From the NCBI RefSeq assembly GCF_009914755.1, contig NC_060926.1: a stretch of 64,000 nt of DNA. One strand, given 5' to 3'. Shown here piece after piece: positions 12,176 through 27,584 of the stretch. This stretch comes from the human T2T-CHM13v2.0 reference genome, Homo sapiens. Made by a program: the position numbers and the translations under genes. The stretch's first letter is position 1. Every line of letters begins with the position of its first letter. Below the pieces are notes generated by a model. That model made no database searches and was not told the DNA's origin. It saw nothing but the letters and a program-made list of their open reading frames with translations.

Positions 12176-13774
12176 AGGCCAGCCTAGGATGGCCAGGGCT
12201 ACCCACTGAGTATGTTAACTCAGCTGGTCCTGTGTGTTGGAAGCTTGGGAGCAGAGCCTGAAATCACACACACCGTGAAAATAGTATGTTGGTGTTGTGG
12301 CTCTTCCAAGGCTGAGCCAAGCCTGATACAGCTTGGCCTTTTTTATACCGTATCTTTAAGCCAATTTAACATTTTTGGCTCAGGCAGAAGTGGATATACT
12401 ATTAGTCATTCAGCTAAGGCTGTGGAGGCTCACATTTCCCACTGTACACATAAGACAAACAATTATTGTTATTAAGGGAGAAAACTATGTTTGACATGAA
12501 ATCAGAGAAAAAGAAAGAAGAACAAAGAAAATCAACAGCATCTCTCCATTCTTTCATTCAACATATGCATATTTATTAATCCCCTTTTGTGTGTGCCAGG
12601 TACAGCAGGGCCACGGGAATGTATAAAGCATGGCATGTACCATCCACCCAATGGGTTCAGAGAGCTACTGTTGTTTTCCAATAGTAATACAAAGCAGCAT
12701 AGGGTAAGTGTCAGAACTAATCTTTTGAACAATTAACATAATAGAAGTTCAAGGGAATAAAGAAAGGCTAAGGAAAGCCTGGAAGAGGCACTTCCAGTTG
12801 GCTTTTTGAAGGACTTAGAGGCAGAGAGGGAACAGGAAGGAACCTCAAACAGACCGGGACGAGCAGACATATGGCGGTGAAAATGAGCAAGACATATTTG
12901 GGCAGAGTGAAGCCCAGAACGGCATGCTCCTACACTCACTGTAACACAGCAGCACCCAGTGCTCCTGATTTGGGGATGCAGGCTGCCCCACACGTCAATA
13001 TTCTCTCTTCCCCTAGCATCCTGGTGATACATCCTGTCCCCATCTTCCTCTCCCTCTTCCCAGACTCCTGTGGAGCCAGGCACCAGGGGTATGTTGGCTC
13101 TGTGGCTTGCTGGCCTTGTTACCTCAAGCAGATTGTGTAACCGCTCTGAAATTTCATTTATTTGACGGGTAAATGGAGTTGATCATGCCTCCACTCACCC
13201 AGCTGTTGTAAATATTGAAGGGATCGGCCACATTGGGTCACTCTGTAAGTAGGAAAGGATCCTTCCTGCAAACCTACGCCACCATCATGTCTACTGTGAA
13301 GTTTCTATATAAACATCTGGAGTACAGCCAGATGCAAAATCTGAAAGGATACCATCAAGCCATAAGCAAGAACACTTCATTTAAAATGGAAGCTCCAGCC
13401 ACGGGTACTCTGACTTCTGCGATCCTGGCCCTCATCGCCACATCCCCCACAATGCCATGCAGACAAAAAGACTAGATAGGGCTGATGGATGGTCATCCAG
13501 AGAGTTCCTGGCAATTGTTAAGGTTATGTCCAGAACTACCGCCATGCTGCTTTGCGTTTGGGCAGGACACCTTCTCTCTCTGGGTTAAATGTGAATGGCT
13601 CAGAAATACATGCTAGAAGTTCTCTCCAGGACCTTTCCCAGGTGGGGGTTAGAATCCTGGAAGACGGTGTCTTCAAAATGGAATTTCCACACCCTGAGTG
13701 CTGCACATGATGAACCACTGGGGTGTGGGGAGAAAGTATTAGAGCTTCTACCTTCAATTTTTCTAATATACAAT

Positions 13775-14361
13775 TACATTCATTTTCAGTTGCCACCAAA
13801 ATAAATTACCACAAACGTAGCAACTTAAAACAGTCCAAACATATCTCAGTTTCTGGGCCAGTTGAACTCAGTTGGATCCTCTGTTTAGTGTCTCAAAAGC
13901 CAAAATCAGGGTATCTGCAAGGCCTCACTTCCTCCTAAAGGTTCTGGGGAAGAATGCTCTTCTAGCTTGTCCAGGTTGCTGGCTGAATTCGGTTTCTTGT
14001 GGCTAGAGGACTGCTGTCTTTTCCTTGTGGCTGGCAGTCTTTGTTCCCAAAGGTTGCCTGTGTCCCTTCTCGTGCTTTCCAGGTGGGCTCCCCAGAAACA
14101 GTAGGTCGGGTCTTTCTCACACTTCCAATCTCTCCGACGACCTCTTTTGTCACATCTCTTTGACTCCAGCCAGAGAAAGCTCTCTGCATTTGAAGTCTCA
14201 TGGGATTAGATTAGACACCTGGATAGTCCAGGGTACTCCCTCTAATTTAAGGTCTTTAACCTTAATCACATCTGCAAAGTCCCTTTTGCCACAGAAGGTG
14301 ACACGTTCAGTTTCCAGGGATTCAAGCATAGTCACCTTTGGGGGGCATTCTGTCTACCACA
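13775..14361 (-). mobile_element. MLT1 (MaLR) solo LTR
   Basis: aaattaccacaaacgtagcaacttaaaac...ttaatcacatctgcaaagtcccttttgcc...attctgtctaccaca. Confidence 0.8.
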
Positions 14362-14808
14362 ATCCTCAAGGAAAAGGCTTTACACTCAATGACCGCTGCT
14401 GCTGTGGGACACAGGGTCAAGGTTACATATGATATCTGAGATGTCTTGAGGGAAAGGTGGGAATCTCACGACAAGGAGCAGTTGACAGTGACACCCTCAC
14501 TTGCTGGTTTGCTTTTAGCACATAGTGACAGATGAAAACCTGTGCCTTCACAGTGGCCAGGAATCAGAAATGAGAGTCCAGTTAGTTCCCTTCTTCCATT
14601 CAGATTTATATGTCTCATATATCTTTCTCAGCTATAATCGCCCAAGTATTGAAAATCAGAGCCAGGCTTTTGACTCACTGTGCCACAAAGTATTATACCA
14701 AGATTTTTAAAAATAATCATGCCTATCCAATCCCATTGCTCTCACTAGAAATTTGATTAATAATAATATATTTTAATGAGAACAAAAAGGGTTTCAGATA
14801 GTTAATAG

Positions 14809-15131
<323 letters not shown>

Positions 15132-15185
15132 TAAATATTTATTTCATCGGTATCAATTTTTAAATTTGTGTTTAGATATGTGTTT

Positions 15186-15300
15186 TTAAAAATACATATT
15201 TAATATGTATTTGTTTAATGTTAATACATTGTTTAATGTTAATGTATTTGTTTAATGTTAATATGTAAAAATACATATTTAATATGTATCTGTTTAAAAA
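15186..15300. repeat. AT-rich imperfect tandem repeat (tgtttaatgttaat / aaaaatacatatttaatatgtat)
   Basis: Directly visible. Confidence 0.7.
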
Positions 15301-16585
15301 AACAGAACATATTAGTTCAACAGTATGTGTACAAAAGTTATAATAAGTATATACGTGTTAGATGTGCATTCTCAAAAATGTTTTCATTAATGAAGTTGCT
15401 CAAGTAAGGTTCGGAAGATAAACCTTTGGGTCACAAGACAGACATCGTGCTGGGCTAAACACAAACCTTCTGGAGATATTTTAAAGCTTCCTCAAACTTC
15501 CTAAATATGCTGTGTTTCAAAATACTTGGTTCTTGGGTTGTGATCGATTTTTCAGGCAATTTAGAGAATCTCTTTTCCAAGTAGCCCCTTCCCTACACTC
15601 TTGTTTTAGCTGAAGAACGTTAAGAAAAGAAAATGGAGTTCTCTTTCGAGGTACTGTTTACTGAGGTGCAAAATGAGAGACGGGGTCTGGGCCTCCTGGT
15701 TTCTTGTGTTTGGGTCCAGCAGGAGTTGAGAGCCTCTGAATGGCCATGCTGGGGGGTTTCCTGTGCAAGACTTTACACATTTGAGGTTCCATCAATCCGG
15801 CACCTATGGGACAGGAAGCCAGCAAGGTTTGTGGAGCCAGATAGCCAAATAAAAAAGAATCACCTTTTACTTTCCTGAAGTTAATTAATGCTGAGTGGAG
15901 CAGGCCAAGTACAAAAACTGATCAGGCTTTCTCTGAGCAAAGACTCCACATTTTACCCATAAAGCCAAATAAGCCTGACCCTGGGACCCCCACAAATGCA
16001 GGTCAGCCCTAGCTGGGAGGTACAGAGGAACTAACACTTTTCCCTTCACACTCCTTCTGGTGTTTCCCTTCTGGGTCTTATTTTTATTCATTTTTCCAGT
16101 TTATAAAACACACTCACCGATGGGCCCTTGGGGCACATGTGGAAAAGCTTAAAAGACACAAGTACAAAAACAGACTGACTTAGAGTCAAGAACCAAAACC
16201 CTAAGAATTCTCCTCTATCTCGCCCCCACCCCCTACTCCTGCCCAAGTTACATTATGGGCCTTCCCCTCCCATATTTCCTAAAAGGGCCATAAAGTTGGG
16301 CTTTTTCCAAAGGAAAGGGAGGTAGGTATCAGAACTATTCTCTTAATATCTTGATCCAAGGTTTTCTCGGAGCCTGGTGCTGTAGCCTAAGGTGGTTTGG
16401 CAAAGGGGTTGCTTGAACAAAGAGGTCAGGCCTCAGCAACGGGCAGTGAGGCCTCTGCTCCCAGGCCCTGGACAGCCTCCAGAACATCCGGGTCACTCCT
16501 AAGAATCCAGGATCCAGACCCAGTACACACATATCAGGAGCTCAGATTTCCCACATCAGGAAGGGAAATAAAGACTACTTTCTTA

Positions 16586-16832
16586 GGCCGGGCGCAGCAT
16601 CTCACACCTGTAATCCCAGCACTTTGGGAGGCCGAGGTGAGTGGATCATGAGGTCAGGGGTTCAAAACTAGCCTGGCCAAGATGGTGAAATCCAGTCTCT
16701 ACTAAAAACACAAAAATTAGCTGGGCATAGTGGCGGGCACCTGCAATCCCAGCTACTCGGGAGGCTGAGGCAGAGAATTGCTTGAACCCAGGAGGTAGAG
16801 GTTGCAGCAAGTCTCCATCGTAAATAAATAAA
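16586..16832 (+). mobile_element. AluS with right-arm internal deletion
   Basis: gttgcagc joined directly to aagtctccatc; (taaa)n tail. Confidence 0.93.
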
Positions 16833-16894
16833 GTCTATATTCTTTGAGGGCCCAAACAAGATGCTTTCAAAGGCCCAATCTTCCCTCCCTTTTA

Positions 16895-17269
<375 letters not shown>

Positions 17270-17344
17270 TCATCTGATGAATGGGAAAGAAAAAACAAGT
17301 AGTCCAGACACCATTTCAGCATAGAGAGGCAGTGCCATGCTCTC

Positions 17345-17795
17345 ATTCCTTCTTTCATTAAATACATGTTTGTTGAACACCTACTATACACCATAGGCTA
17401 GAGCTACATCTGAAAATGAAACAGACTCACCCCTTCTCCTGTGGCTCTTACAGTTTAGTGGGGAAGACACATTAACCAAATAACTAAGTAATTTCATGTG
17501 GGCCTCGTGCACTTTAGGGGAAACTGACTTCATCTGGGGGGTCAAGGAAGGCCTTTCTGAGGGCAGACATTCAAGCTGGAAACTGAAGGACACATGGAGT
17601 TAAACAGGTGAACAGTGGAGGAAGAGCTTTTGAGGCAGGCACCATGGAGAAGACTGAAGGGTCCAGAGACCACCACAGGCAAAGACCAAGAGACGCTGTC
17701 ACCAGGCCTGGCAGGCCACACTCTCAGGGTGCAGCTTTGTCCAAGTGCAATGAGCAAACTAACGTGATCTATTCACGTTTTTAAAAAGATCTCTC
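17345..17795. mobile_element. L2 3' fragment
   Basis: tcattaaatacatgtttgttgaacacctactata...cttacagtttagtgggga...gtcaaggaaggcctttctgag. Confidence 0.75.
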
Positions 17796-17799
17796 CTGG

Positions 17800-18084
17800 G
17801 GCTGGGCGCGGTGGCTCACGCCTGTAATCCTAACACTATGGGAGGCCAAGACAGGCAGATTGCCTGAGCTCAGGAGTTCGAGACCACCCTGGGCAATATG
17901 GTGAAACCCCATCTCTACTAAAATACAAAAAAAATAGCTGGGCGTGGTGGTGTGCACATATAGTCCCAGCTACCCAGGAGGCTGAGGCATAAGAATTGCT
18001 TGAACCCCCGAGGCAGATGTTGCAGTATGAGCCGAGATTGAGCCACTGTACTCCAGACTGAGTGACACAACAAGACTCTGCCTC

Positions 18085-18113
<29 letters not shown>
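17800..18113 (+). mobile_element. AluS
   Basis: Full Alu plus poly-A. Confidence 0.97.
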
Positions 18114-18121
<8 letters not shown>

Positions 18122-19672
18122 AGAACTCCTGTTGTTCCTGGAGCTCTGAGAAACGTGGTTTGAAAAGGGCCGACCTGAGGAATCAGGGTCGTGGTCTTCA
18201 TTTCCATCAGTGATTGACTTTTGTGATCACAGGAGTTGCATTCAGATGGTTTGCTGAGAATGTTGCTCTGGCAGACACGAAAGAGAATGTGAGAAACACA
18301 GACACAGTTCTGGAGCACCATGAATGTAGACAAAACACACTCAGCAAAGTAGCAAATCCCCACACTGGGTAACCAGGAAGGAGATGAGTGTGGCCTTCCG
18401 GTGAGACCCGCTCTTCCTGAGGGGCGCTTCAGGCACCAGAGGCCCCTGCTCGCTCATGACTCCCTCAGCCAATCTCAGCCTTCTGCCAGGCCAACCAGAC
18501 TCCTCAACCACCAGAGATTAGAAGAAAATAAGGCTGTCCTATTGCCTCTAAATCAAGTGATGAAGCATGACAACTGTCAGGACACTTTTTTAAACGATTT
18601 GTCCTGAGGTTTGTGAACACATTCTTCCTGAGGCAAAGAAAAACAAAACAAACCAAACCATCCTGCACAGCTTTGGGCACACCCATCTCAAGTGTCCCTG
18701 AGGACCAGGATCTTTGACTCCTCCTGCCCAGAGGAAGCTTCCAGAAGAACACTGTTCTCCAGTGGCTGTTGGGCTGTGGTATTTTTCACAGGAAAGGGAA
18801 GTGGGGTCTCTGTGAGAATCGGCCACCTGCCCCAGGTCCCCTGAAAGTTGACATAATGCCTGGACTGTATTCTGCTCCAGCTCTCTTCACAGACCCTGAG
18901 TGGGGAGAGGGGCAATGCTCTGTGATTTATTCATCCTGCTTCCATCCTTCATGCAGTGCATGAATAAATGAAAGAGAAGGTGTACTCAGCTGAAAGGAAA
19001 ATAAAAAAGAAGGGAATAAGAGACACCCCCCCGGCCAAAACATGAAAAAATAGGCAATTTTTTCAAAAAGCCATTGCATAGGTTAAAATCGCCCCAGGGA
19101 ATGTTTAAGTTGCTTCTTGGTCATTTATTTGAGCTTTAGGCCACTCTTGGGCTGTGGTGCTTAATGGAAAGAGTATTTACCTCAGCAACTGCGGCAAACC
19201 AGGGATCCAGCAGGCATGCTGGGCGGACACAAAGTACCTTCACAAAGGAGGCCATCAGCTAAGAAAATGTCAGACTTAACATTTGGGGATGCCATCAAGG
19301 GATCTTTTAAAAATATTTTTCTGTTAATGATGACTGAGGGTGGAGAAAGAGAAGGAGAAGAAAAAGGCACACTCAAGTTTCCCTTCTATTTTTCACAACT
19401 GCCCCTGCTTTTCCCTGTTCCCCCTCCTCTGTTGAACAGTACAGAAGCAGGTAAGGCAGACTGGGTAAGAAAGGATCATTTGGGAAAAGGAGTTTGGAAA
19501 GCAATGTCTTTCTTCCTGACACCTTGTTGCCAACAGTCACCAGCATGCACACAGGAAGCTCCATGTAAAATCCTGCAGGTCATTTTCCCCACAAGCCAAG
19601 AGGTAAAAGGTATCCAGATGTATGCTCTTGCATATCCAGTCTTCTGCTCCCCACACTTAAATGCATAACATT

Positions 19673-20001
<329 letters not shown>

Positions 20002-20584
20002 CTAATATCAGGCCTACAGCATGCACACGTGTGTGCACGCATACACACACACACACACGCCAAGCAGCCCTCTTGTTTTCAGGAGCACAGAAAGAATTCT
20101 ACTATTTAGATGCAGTCAATTGGACCAGATGATGCAGTGATAGCCTGGAGTGTTAAGCCCCAGACCACCAAAAGAGAAGCAATGGGCATTCGTACTGTCC
20201 AAGGAGTTGCAGCAAGTTCTCAACCTGGTGACTTAGCAGAAACCCCAAGGCAGAGCTCCTCCAGCTTTTCATGGGGAGGCTTCCTCATCGATGGGACACA
20301 GGGGGATGAAGGGAACAGTGGGGGAAGTGATGGGTGGTGAGTGGAAAGGAAGGGTAAAAGTGCAGAGGGCAGCTGCCATCTGGGAATCTTACTGCAAGCC
20401 ACGGGAATGCGGATCAAGCCAGCACCTCACACTCCCCCTGCTCCACATACACACACATCACTTGAGACATCACCATCTCAAATACGGTTGTTCAGCCTCA
20501 AAGCTGAGCAAGCACAGTCTTTAGTGTTGGCAACAAAATAGACATCTGACCTTTTAGGTGTGAGTTAGCAAAGGCAGACTCTAT

Positions 20585-20985
20585 AATTGTTAGCATAGGC
20601 TAAGGTGCAGTAACAAACAGACCCAAATGCAGTGACTAAACACCACGGAAGTTTATTTCTTGCTCATGTAACATCTTGGGCAGTGCTCCAACCTGTGAGC
20701 AGCTCTCTCCACCCGGTCTTTCAAGGAGCCAGGCTCCTTCTGTCATGAGGCTCTGCCATGCACGGAAGTTTCACTCCCTAAGGTTGGTGAAAGACGAAAG
20801 GGATATAGAAGAGTGTTGGCCTGGAAGAGGTACACTGCACTTTCACTCACATTCCCCTGGTGAGGAATTGTTGTGTCTCTGCTCAGATGTAAGAAAGGGA
20901 CGAAGAAATGGATTCCCTGGCTGGGCAGCTCCTCCCCAGTGACAACTATATAGTATGGAAAGGAGATGGCCACCTCTTCCACAGT
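20585..20985 (-). mobile_element. MLT1 (MaLR) LTR
   Basis: ggtgcagtaacaaacagacccaaa...gaagtttatttcttgctcatgtaacat... Confidence 0.65.
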
Positions 20986-21099
20986 AACTCTGAATTCATG
21001 CACTCCTCTGCTCCCAGGAAAAACCTTGGTTTACACATGACAAATAAGATAGAAACTACGTTCATTTCACTTTACTTCTACTTTCTAATTAAGGTTGGG

Positions 21100-21514
<415 letters not shown>

Positions 21515-22016
21515 TCAAAGAAGAGGAAGGCCAGGTAGAAGTCACTTACCTCCCTTTTATTCTATTTGAGTGCCTAGTTAGTGCATGAGTGGTGTCTTAG
21601 CAGCCCACCCCACCCCACCCCACCCCAGGCTTAACTAAGTGTGAAGATCTTTATTGGTTCCAATGTCAGAAAAAGGATGAAGTCCAAATGCGTCAGAGTC
21701 CTGTTCATTCTGTTCCTGGCCTGTTTTATTGGTTCCTTGTCCTATCTCCTCCTCCTCCTATCCTCATTCAGCCTACACACCAGCCACATCCAGCTCCCTC
21801 TGCCCGTGCCCGCCATGCTCTTTAATGCCTTCGCACCCATGCACACTGTTCCTTCAGAATAAAATGCCCTTACCCCTCTGCTGTGCCTGGCAAACTTCCA
21901 CACACTGTTCAAGATGCAGCTCAAGCATACCCTTGCTCCCCGCCCTTAGTCCCATAATCCTTTGAGCACGCATCCATTAAAGCACGTAGGTTACTTTGTG
22001 TCTGTCTCCAATTAGA

Positions 22017-22238
22017 CCAGCAGTTCTCAACCAGAGGCAATTTCACCCTCCACTCCCAAGGACATTTGGCAATGTCTAGAGACATTTTTGGTTGTCACAA
22101 CTCGGGGGAGGGGGTGATACTGGCATCTAGTGGATAGAGGCCCGGGATGCTGCTAAAAATCCTATAATGCACAGGACAGACCCCCACAACAAAGAATTCT
22201 CCTGCCCAAAATGTCAACAGTGCAGAGGTTAAGAACCT
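22017..22238. mobile_element. MER20 DNA transposon
   Basis: cagcagttctcaacc...ggacatttggcaatgtctagagacatttttggttgtcacaac...actggcatctagtgg...gttaagaacc. Confidence 0.9.
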
Positions 22239-22364
22239 CTGAATTAGATGGTGAGTTTCTCAGAGCAAGGATATCCCATTTCTTTGGAATCACCTTAGCA
22301 ATGTCACAGTGCTGTACAATGTACAAAGTAGGCTCTTTAGGAATGTTAAATGGAAGGATGGATG

Positions 22365-22494
22365 AATAGATAGATAAGATAGATAACTGATAGATAATAG
22401 ACAGATAAGAGATAGATAGATGATAGATTGATAGATGATAGTTAGATAGATAGATAGATAGATAGATGATAGATAGGTAGGTAGGTAGATAGAT
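22365..22494. repeat. Imperfect (GATA)n tetranucleotide repeat
   Basis: Directly visible. Confidence 0.9.
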
Positions 22495-24016
22495 CAACAT
22501 TAGAGCAAACCACACAGACTGAAGAACTGTGAAGCCAGGCTTATCTCCTGAGTTGTCCTTCGCATGAAAAGATGCAGAATCTCCAAACTTCAAGCTTCCA
22601 TGGCCAGAGAACAACCGGTTAAATTGCAGGAGCTGCCAAAGAGAGACCCCAGGAGGACGAGGACTCTTCCTGGAGCTTACCACTAAATTCAGCAGCTCAC
22701 TAAATACATTAGACACAATTTTAATAAATATCTGTTTGTGTCTTTCCTTTTTTTTTTTTTTTTTTTGCAACTTGTATTCTGCTAATTGATTTGTAGAAGA
22801 TAAATTATGTTTATCAATGTAAATAATTTGCATTCTGAACTTGTTTGTTTTACTTTATGCATCTTCACACCCTTTAGTCCCCGGGAACCCTGAGGGACAA
22901 AGTGTTTCATAAACTGGTTAAGAAGCAAATTTTCAGGAATAATGTATTTTTTAAACCAGACTTACTTACCTGTGGTTTGCTTGCTGCTACTCAGGCAAGA
23001 AGTAGGTGATTATTAGACCCAATCTGACATCACTCCCAGGGCATGCCCCGTCCCAGCCCCTGCAGAACTTCTAGTTAGAAAAGCAGCAACCGCCGCACAT
23101 GCTCCAGCACAGAAGTGCTCCCCTCAACTCCCCTCCTTGTCCCCATGGATTCCAGCTGTCCCTCTTCCATCACCAAACAGGCTGACGACAACCACAGCTG
23201 AACATGATGTCAAAGGGCAGCCCCTGCCTACTGGTTACTCTGGGATTGTGGCCCAGGACTCTACAGACAGCGAGCTCAGAGGTCTGCAGAGCCCTCTTCC
23301 TAAGTGTGCCCCAAACTCCGTCATGCCCAGGGGACTCTGGGGCTTTTGACAAGCATGTTCAGCTGAGTTCAGAGCAGCCCAATTCCAAGAGCTTTAACTA
23401 AACAAAAGATCTGTGCCAAGCACCGTGCTAGAAGCTGGAGACTTAGAAATTTTTGAAGAAACAGAGCTACTTGGGGCAGGAGGAGCAGGGGAGACAGACA
23501 TGCAAACAAATAATTACAAGCCTGTGTGTCAGGGCAGTGACAGCAGTAAGGATGAAGGGCTATGGGAACAGAGAAGCCCAGGCCAGATGTAGGGCCTGGC
23601 CCTGGCCATTCCCCTGCAGAGGAGAAAATGACAGCTGGCTGAAGGTTGGGGAGGGTGCAGCTTCTGACCTACAGTCCCATCTAGGTCCCCAGGCTGAGGT
23701 TCTCTACAACTCTGATGACAGCCCAGGACCACTCCTCCGCCTTGGACTTCAGGGGGAGCTGAGCTTTCCTCTTACAAACCCCATATGGATTCCCTTTCTC
23801 AGGAGGGGGTGGGGGTCAATGGCTAAGTCCGGCCTATCAGGACTGGGGCCCGCTGGGGCCTGGGGGGCTTGCGCAGACTAAACATTTAAAACCCTAAACT
23901 CCCACAGATGTCAGTCTGGCTGGACGGCACAGTCGGACACCTCCAAAAGGCTGTCCACTCCCTGTCTGAGAATAAACAGGACCACAAAGTGTTGGATTTT
24001 TTTTTTTGTATGACTG

Positions 24017-24017
24017 C

Positions 24018-24054
<37 letters not shown>
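24017..24054. repeat. (TG)n(AG)n compound microsatellite
   Basis: Directly visible. Confidence 0.95.
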
Positions 24055-24055
<1 letters not shown>

Positions 24056-25704
24056 CTTCCTTAACTCAGAGGTCAGCAGAGGCTCAGCCCTGCCCACCTC
24101 AGCCCCCACACACCAATCCCTCAGCCCACAGACTTTCCCAGGACTCTGTCCGCCTCTTCCTCCCCCACACCCTTCCAGATGCTCTCGAGTCCTCTGTCCA
24201 TGGAGGCTTCCTTGAAGACTGACCCTCACATCTCTCTGGCCTCCCCCTCCAGGAGTTATTAGCCCAGTGCTTCTGATTTGTTCAAAACCCGTAACCTGAA
24301 GCATGAGCTGCAATGTGCTATCGTGGATAGTGCCTGGGGCCATGGCTTGAGTATCAACATTACTCTGGTGGTTCAGCCTTGGGTAAATGGGTGACTCAAG
24401 GTTTCTAACTGAGACTGAAGAATCTGCCCTTTCAGCCCCCATCGTGGCCCCCATATTGTTCCAGTAGAGCCAACCCTGGCTCTTCCGAACTTTCCCAGTA
24501 AACACCCCAGTAACCAGTGAACTACACAATTTCATTGCATGAGCAATCCTTTATTCCCCAAATTTCTCTCAGGTTAGGGGACAGAGATCTGATAAATATG
24601 GACCCAGAGGATCCAGAACAAATAGCTCTAAACTCCTCCCATAAATGTCTATCTGCCCCACAGCCTCTCCCCTTCCTCTCCCAGCAGATGCAGCCCCAGC
24701 CCCACCCTAGGCTCTCTTTCTCTGCCTCTGCTTCTCCTAGACCAGGGGATGCCAAACTATGACAGCTCAAGAAGGCTGTGGAGGAGCTTCCGTGAAGTCC
24801 CTTCCACGCAGCCCAGCCAGAACATCCTCAGTGGGGAATCTTAATTATGATGAAGGGTGACTCCAATTTCAAACTTCCTGGAGTTCAGAGGGGTCCAGTG
24901 TGTGCATCTGTAATTTAATTACTATTTATTATTTATCATCCCTTCATAACCCGAGAAGCTTCAAACCTTTAAAGAATTAGATATGTGTACTACCAAGATC
25001 TGCAACCCAGAGTGTAACAGATAAATCACTAGCTTCCTTCCTTTAAAAAAAAAAAATGTTTAACGTCTTTACCATTTCTGCTTCTCCCTAAAATGTGTTT
25101 ACCCTGAATTAACCTTACAGAAAAAAATCCCTTCCCTAGGGAGCAAGAGGAGGGCAGGTATATTGAGAGTCAACTCAAAGCTGACCTTTAACCCTCAGCC
25201 TTTTCATCAGAAGATTGACCATATATTAAGCTGAGGGCAGCTGCAGCTGCCCTTGGCCCCTCATCCTTATCACGAATCAGATGCCTCTTCTCCCAGGCTG
25301 GCTTCAGTCCAGAAGCTCAGCTCAGCCAGCACAGATAGTGTTCCCTATGTCCAGTCTGCTTCCAGAATCCAGGACACTCCCATTGCCTTCAAAATGCAGG
25401 GCCACCACCAAGCTCCCACACAGCAAAGACCAGTAAGGACAGGTCAGACCTGGAGGGGAAACTTGCTCTGCTGAGCATCCCTTAGCCCCAAGAACGTCCT
25501 TCTCATCACTCAATTTGATGCCTAAAATCCCTTCTGCAAGTGAGCAAGCCTTTTACTTCACAATTGGAGCTAAGGCTACAAAATGCCCCAAGAAGTAATT
25601 CACTGGCTTTAGTTCATGTTTCCAAGGGCTAATAACTTCTAGAGTTGGTCTCTGAGGGGCTTTCAAAGAGCATGCCAAAGGGCATGGAGGCAGCAACCTC
25701 TGGT

Positions 25705-25895
25705 GGGAAGAACTTGGCATTTGAATTAGACAGGCTTGAATTGAAATCCTAGCTTCATCCCATACTGGCTGTGTGATCTTGGCTGAGTTACTTAACCTCT
25801 CTGAAGGTCAATTTCTTCATGTGTAAAACATTTAAATCATTGGGTTATCATAAATAGTAAAGGTGATGGCATAAGTAAAGTGCCTGGCATATAGA
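25705..25895 (+). mobile_element. MIR SINE
   Basis: ctggctgtgtgatcttggctgagttacttaacctctctgaa...ttcttcatgtgtaaaa. Confidence 0.8.
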
Positions 25896-26124
25896 CGATC
25901 AACTTTCTTCTGTCTTTTGCACAGAGGAAACTCAAAAAAAAAAAAAAAAAGGAAAAAAAACAAATAAAATGATACTTCACTTGTTTCACTCTTGAGTCCA
26001 GAATCAGTACTAACTCCTCTGACATATAAATAGGAATTCATAAGTAAAATAAGCTTAAAAACTGGGGAAGCCACACATTCTTAGGAGGTTTGCATGACAG
26101 CACATTTTAATCTATATTCTTTAC

Positions 26125-26350
26125 CATGGGTAGGGAAAAATTTTCCTGTAAAGGGCCAGATAGTAAATACTTTTGGCTTTGAGGGCCAGTCTCAGTCATG
26201 ACTACTCAACTCTGCCATTGAAAGCAGCCATAGACTTAGATAGCATAGATGCATAAAAGAACAGGCATGGCTGTGCTCCAATAAAACATTATATACAAAA
26301 ACAGGCGGTGGTCTGGATTTGGCCCCTGGGCTGCAGTTTGCCAACTCCCG
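26125..26350. mobile_element. MER58A-like DNA transposon
   Basis: ttttcctgtaaagggccagatagtaaatac...ggatttggcccctgggctgcagtttgccaac. Confidence 0.85.
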
Positions 26351-27584
26351 TTCTATACCAACCTGTCCCAACAAGTTTCATGACTTTTGAGCATCACAGG
26401 GATACCTCTGAAGATCTTGCCATATTTCACACTGAAGTCTGGGGGAGCATTGAACCCTTGGGCATGTCCAGCAGTTTGTCCAGCCCTCTAGACTGCCACT
26501 GGGTTGAGTGAGTCTAGACTGCCCTGTTAGGGTCTTCGATGATGATTGCTCATATTTGGGGAAATACGCTGTGTCCCAACCCAGGCTATCTGGCCACGTG
26601 AAGTTCGGCTTAGCTTCTCCAAGGAGGACTCAAAGGCTAAAGAGGTAAACAATATGCAGAACACTTTGTCTCCTTCATATGCATTATCTCAACGCATTTC
26701 AAAACAAAGTCATAGCAAGAGTGGATACCATTACCCCACTTTACAGACCTAAAAGCTGAGACACCAGGGAGGAGCCTGAACTACCCAAGATTTGATGGTT
26801 GGCTAATTGGTGACATGAGAAGTAAAATGTAGTTCTTGCTCTTTCTGCCATATGACAGTATCTCCCCCTGCCCACTTTGTCCTGCTTTTTGCTTGATTTT
26901 AGAACTTGTGAAGTAGCATGAGCAGACATCTCCCACACTGAAAGGGACCCAAATTTTTAAGAGTAGAGAAAACATGAATTAAGAAACTCATGTAGATAGG
27001 AATTAATGACGTGCTGTGTGTGATCTGTGATGTTCCAGGCATATTGCAAAGATTATGTCTCATTTCAAAGAGCAACCTCTGCAGCCTGGAAGCCGGTTTA
27101 GGGCAGGCAGGGCAGGGCCAAGGCTGCTAGTGTGAGTAATCAGCCCCCAGGCTGGGGCTTTTCTGCACAATGCCACTGTCCGATCTCCCCCAACTTGTTT
27201 CTGGCACCTTGCTTCTTTGTCCAAGCAGGTCATTAAGCAGGTAAAATTGACCTTGATCTATTTAAGAACATCTTCCAAAACGGCAGCTGGTCTAAACAGG
27301 GTGTCGAGCATTCATGCTCGTCCTGGGGGTACTGCTCGGTTTCTGGAAGGATTCCATAATGCATGGAGGAGTGAAGGATTCTGCAGCTTCCTAAAATTAG
27401 GGAAATCGTGTTTTGGTCAGACGTATTCGTTCATTGAGGAATTCAAGCCTCATTTCTGAGCGGGCTCCCTTTCCCTTTGCCAAATGTACATTTTAAAACT
27501 CTGTCTTTGCCCCACAGATTTATGTCTAAATTGCTCTCTTTGAAATAAGGGCTGGATATAAATCTTACCAAATAATGACTAATG

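Noticed and set aside
22162-22833. 223-aa minus-strand ORF
   Set aside because: Spans a poly-A run, (GATA)n and MER20; no recognisable protein
23894-24535. 213-aa minus-strand ORF
   Set aside because: Non-ATG start, crosses a microsatellite, no recognisable domain
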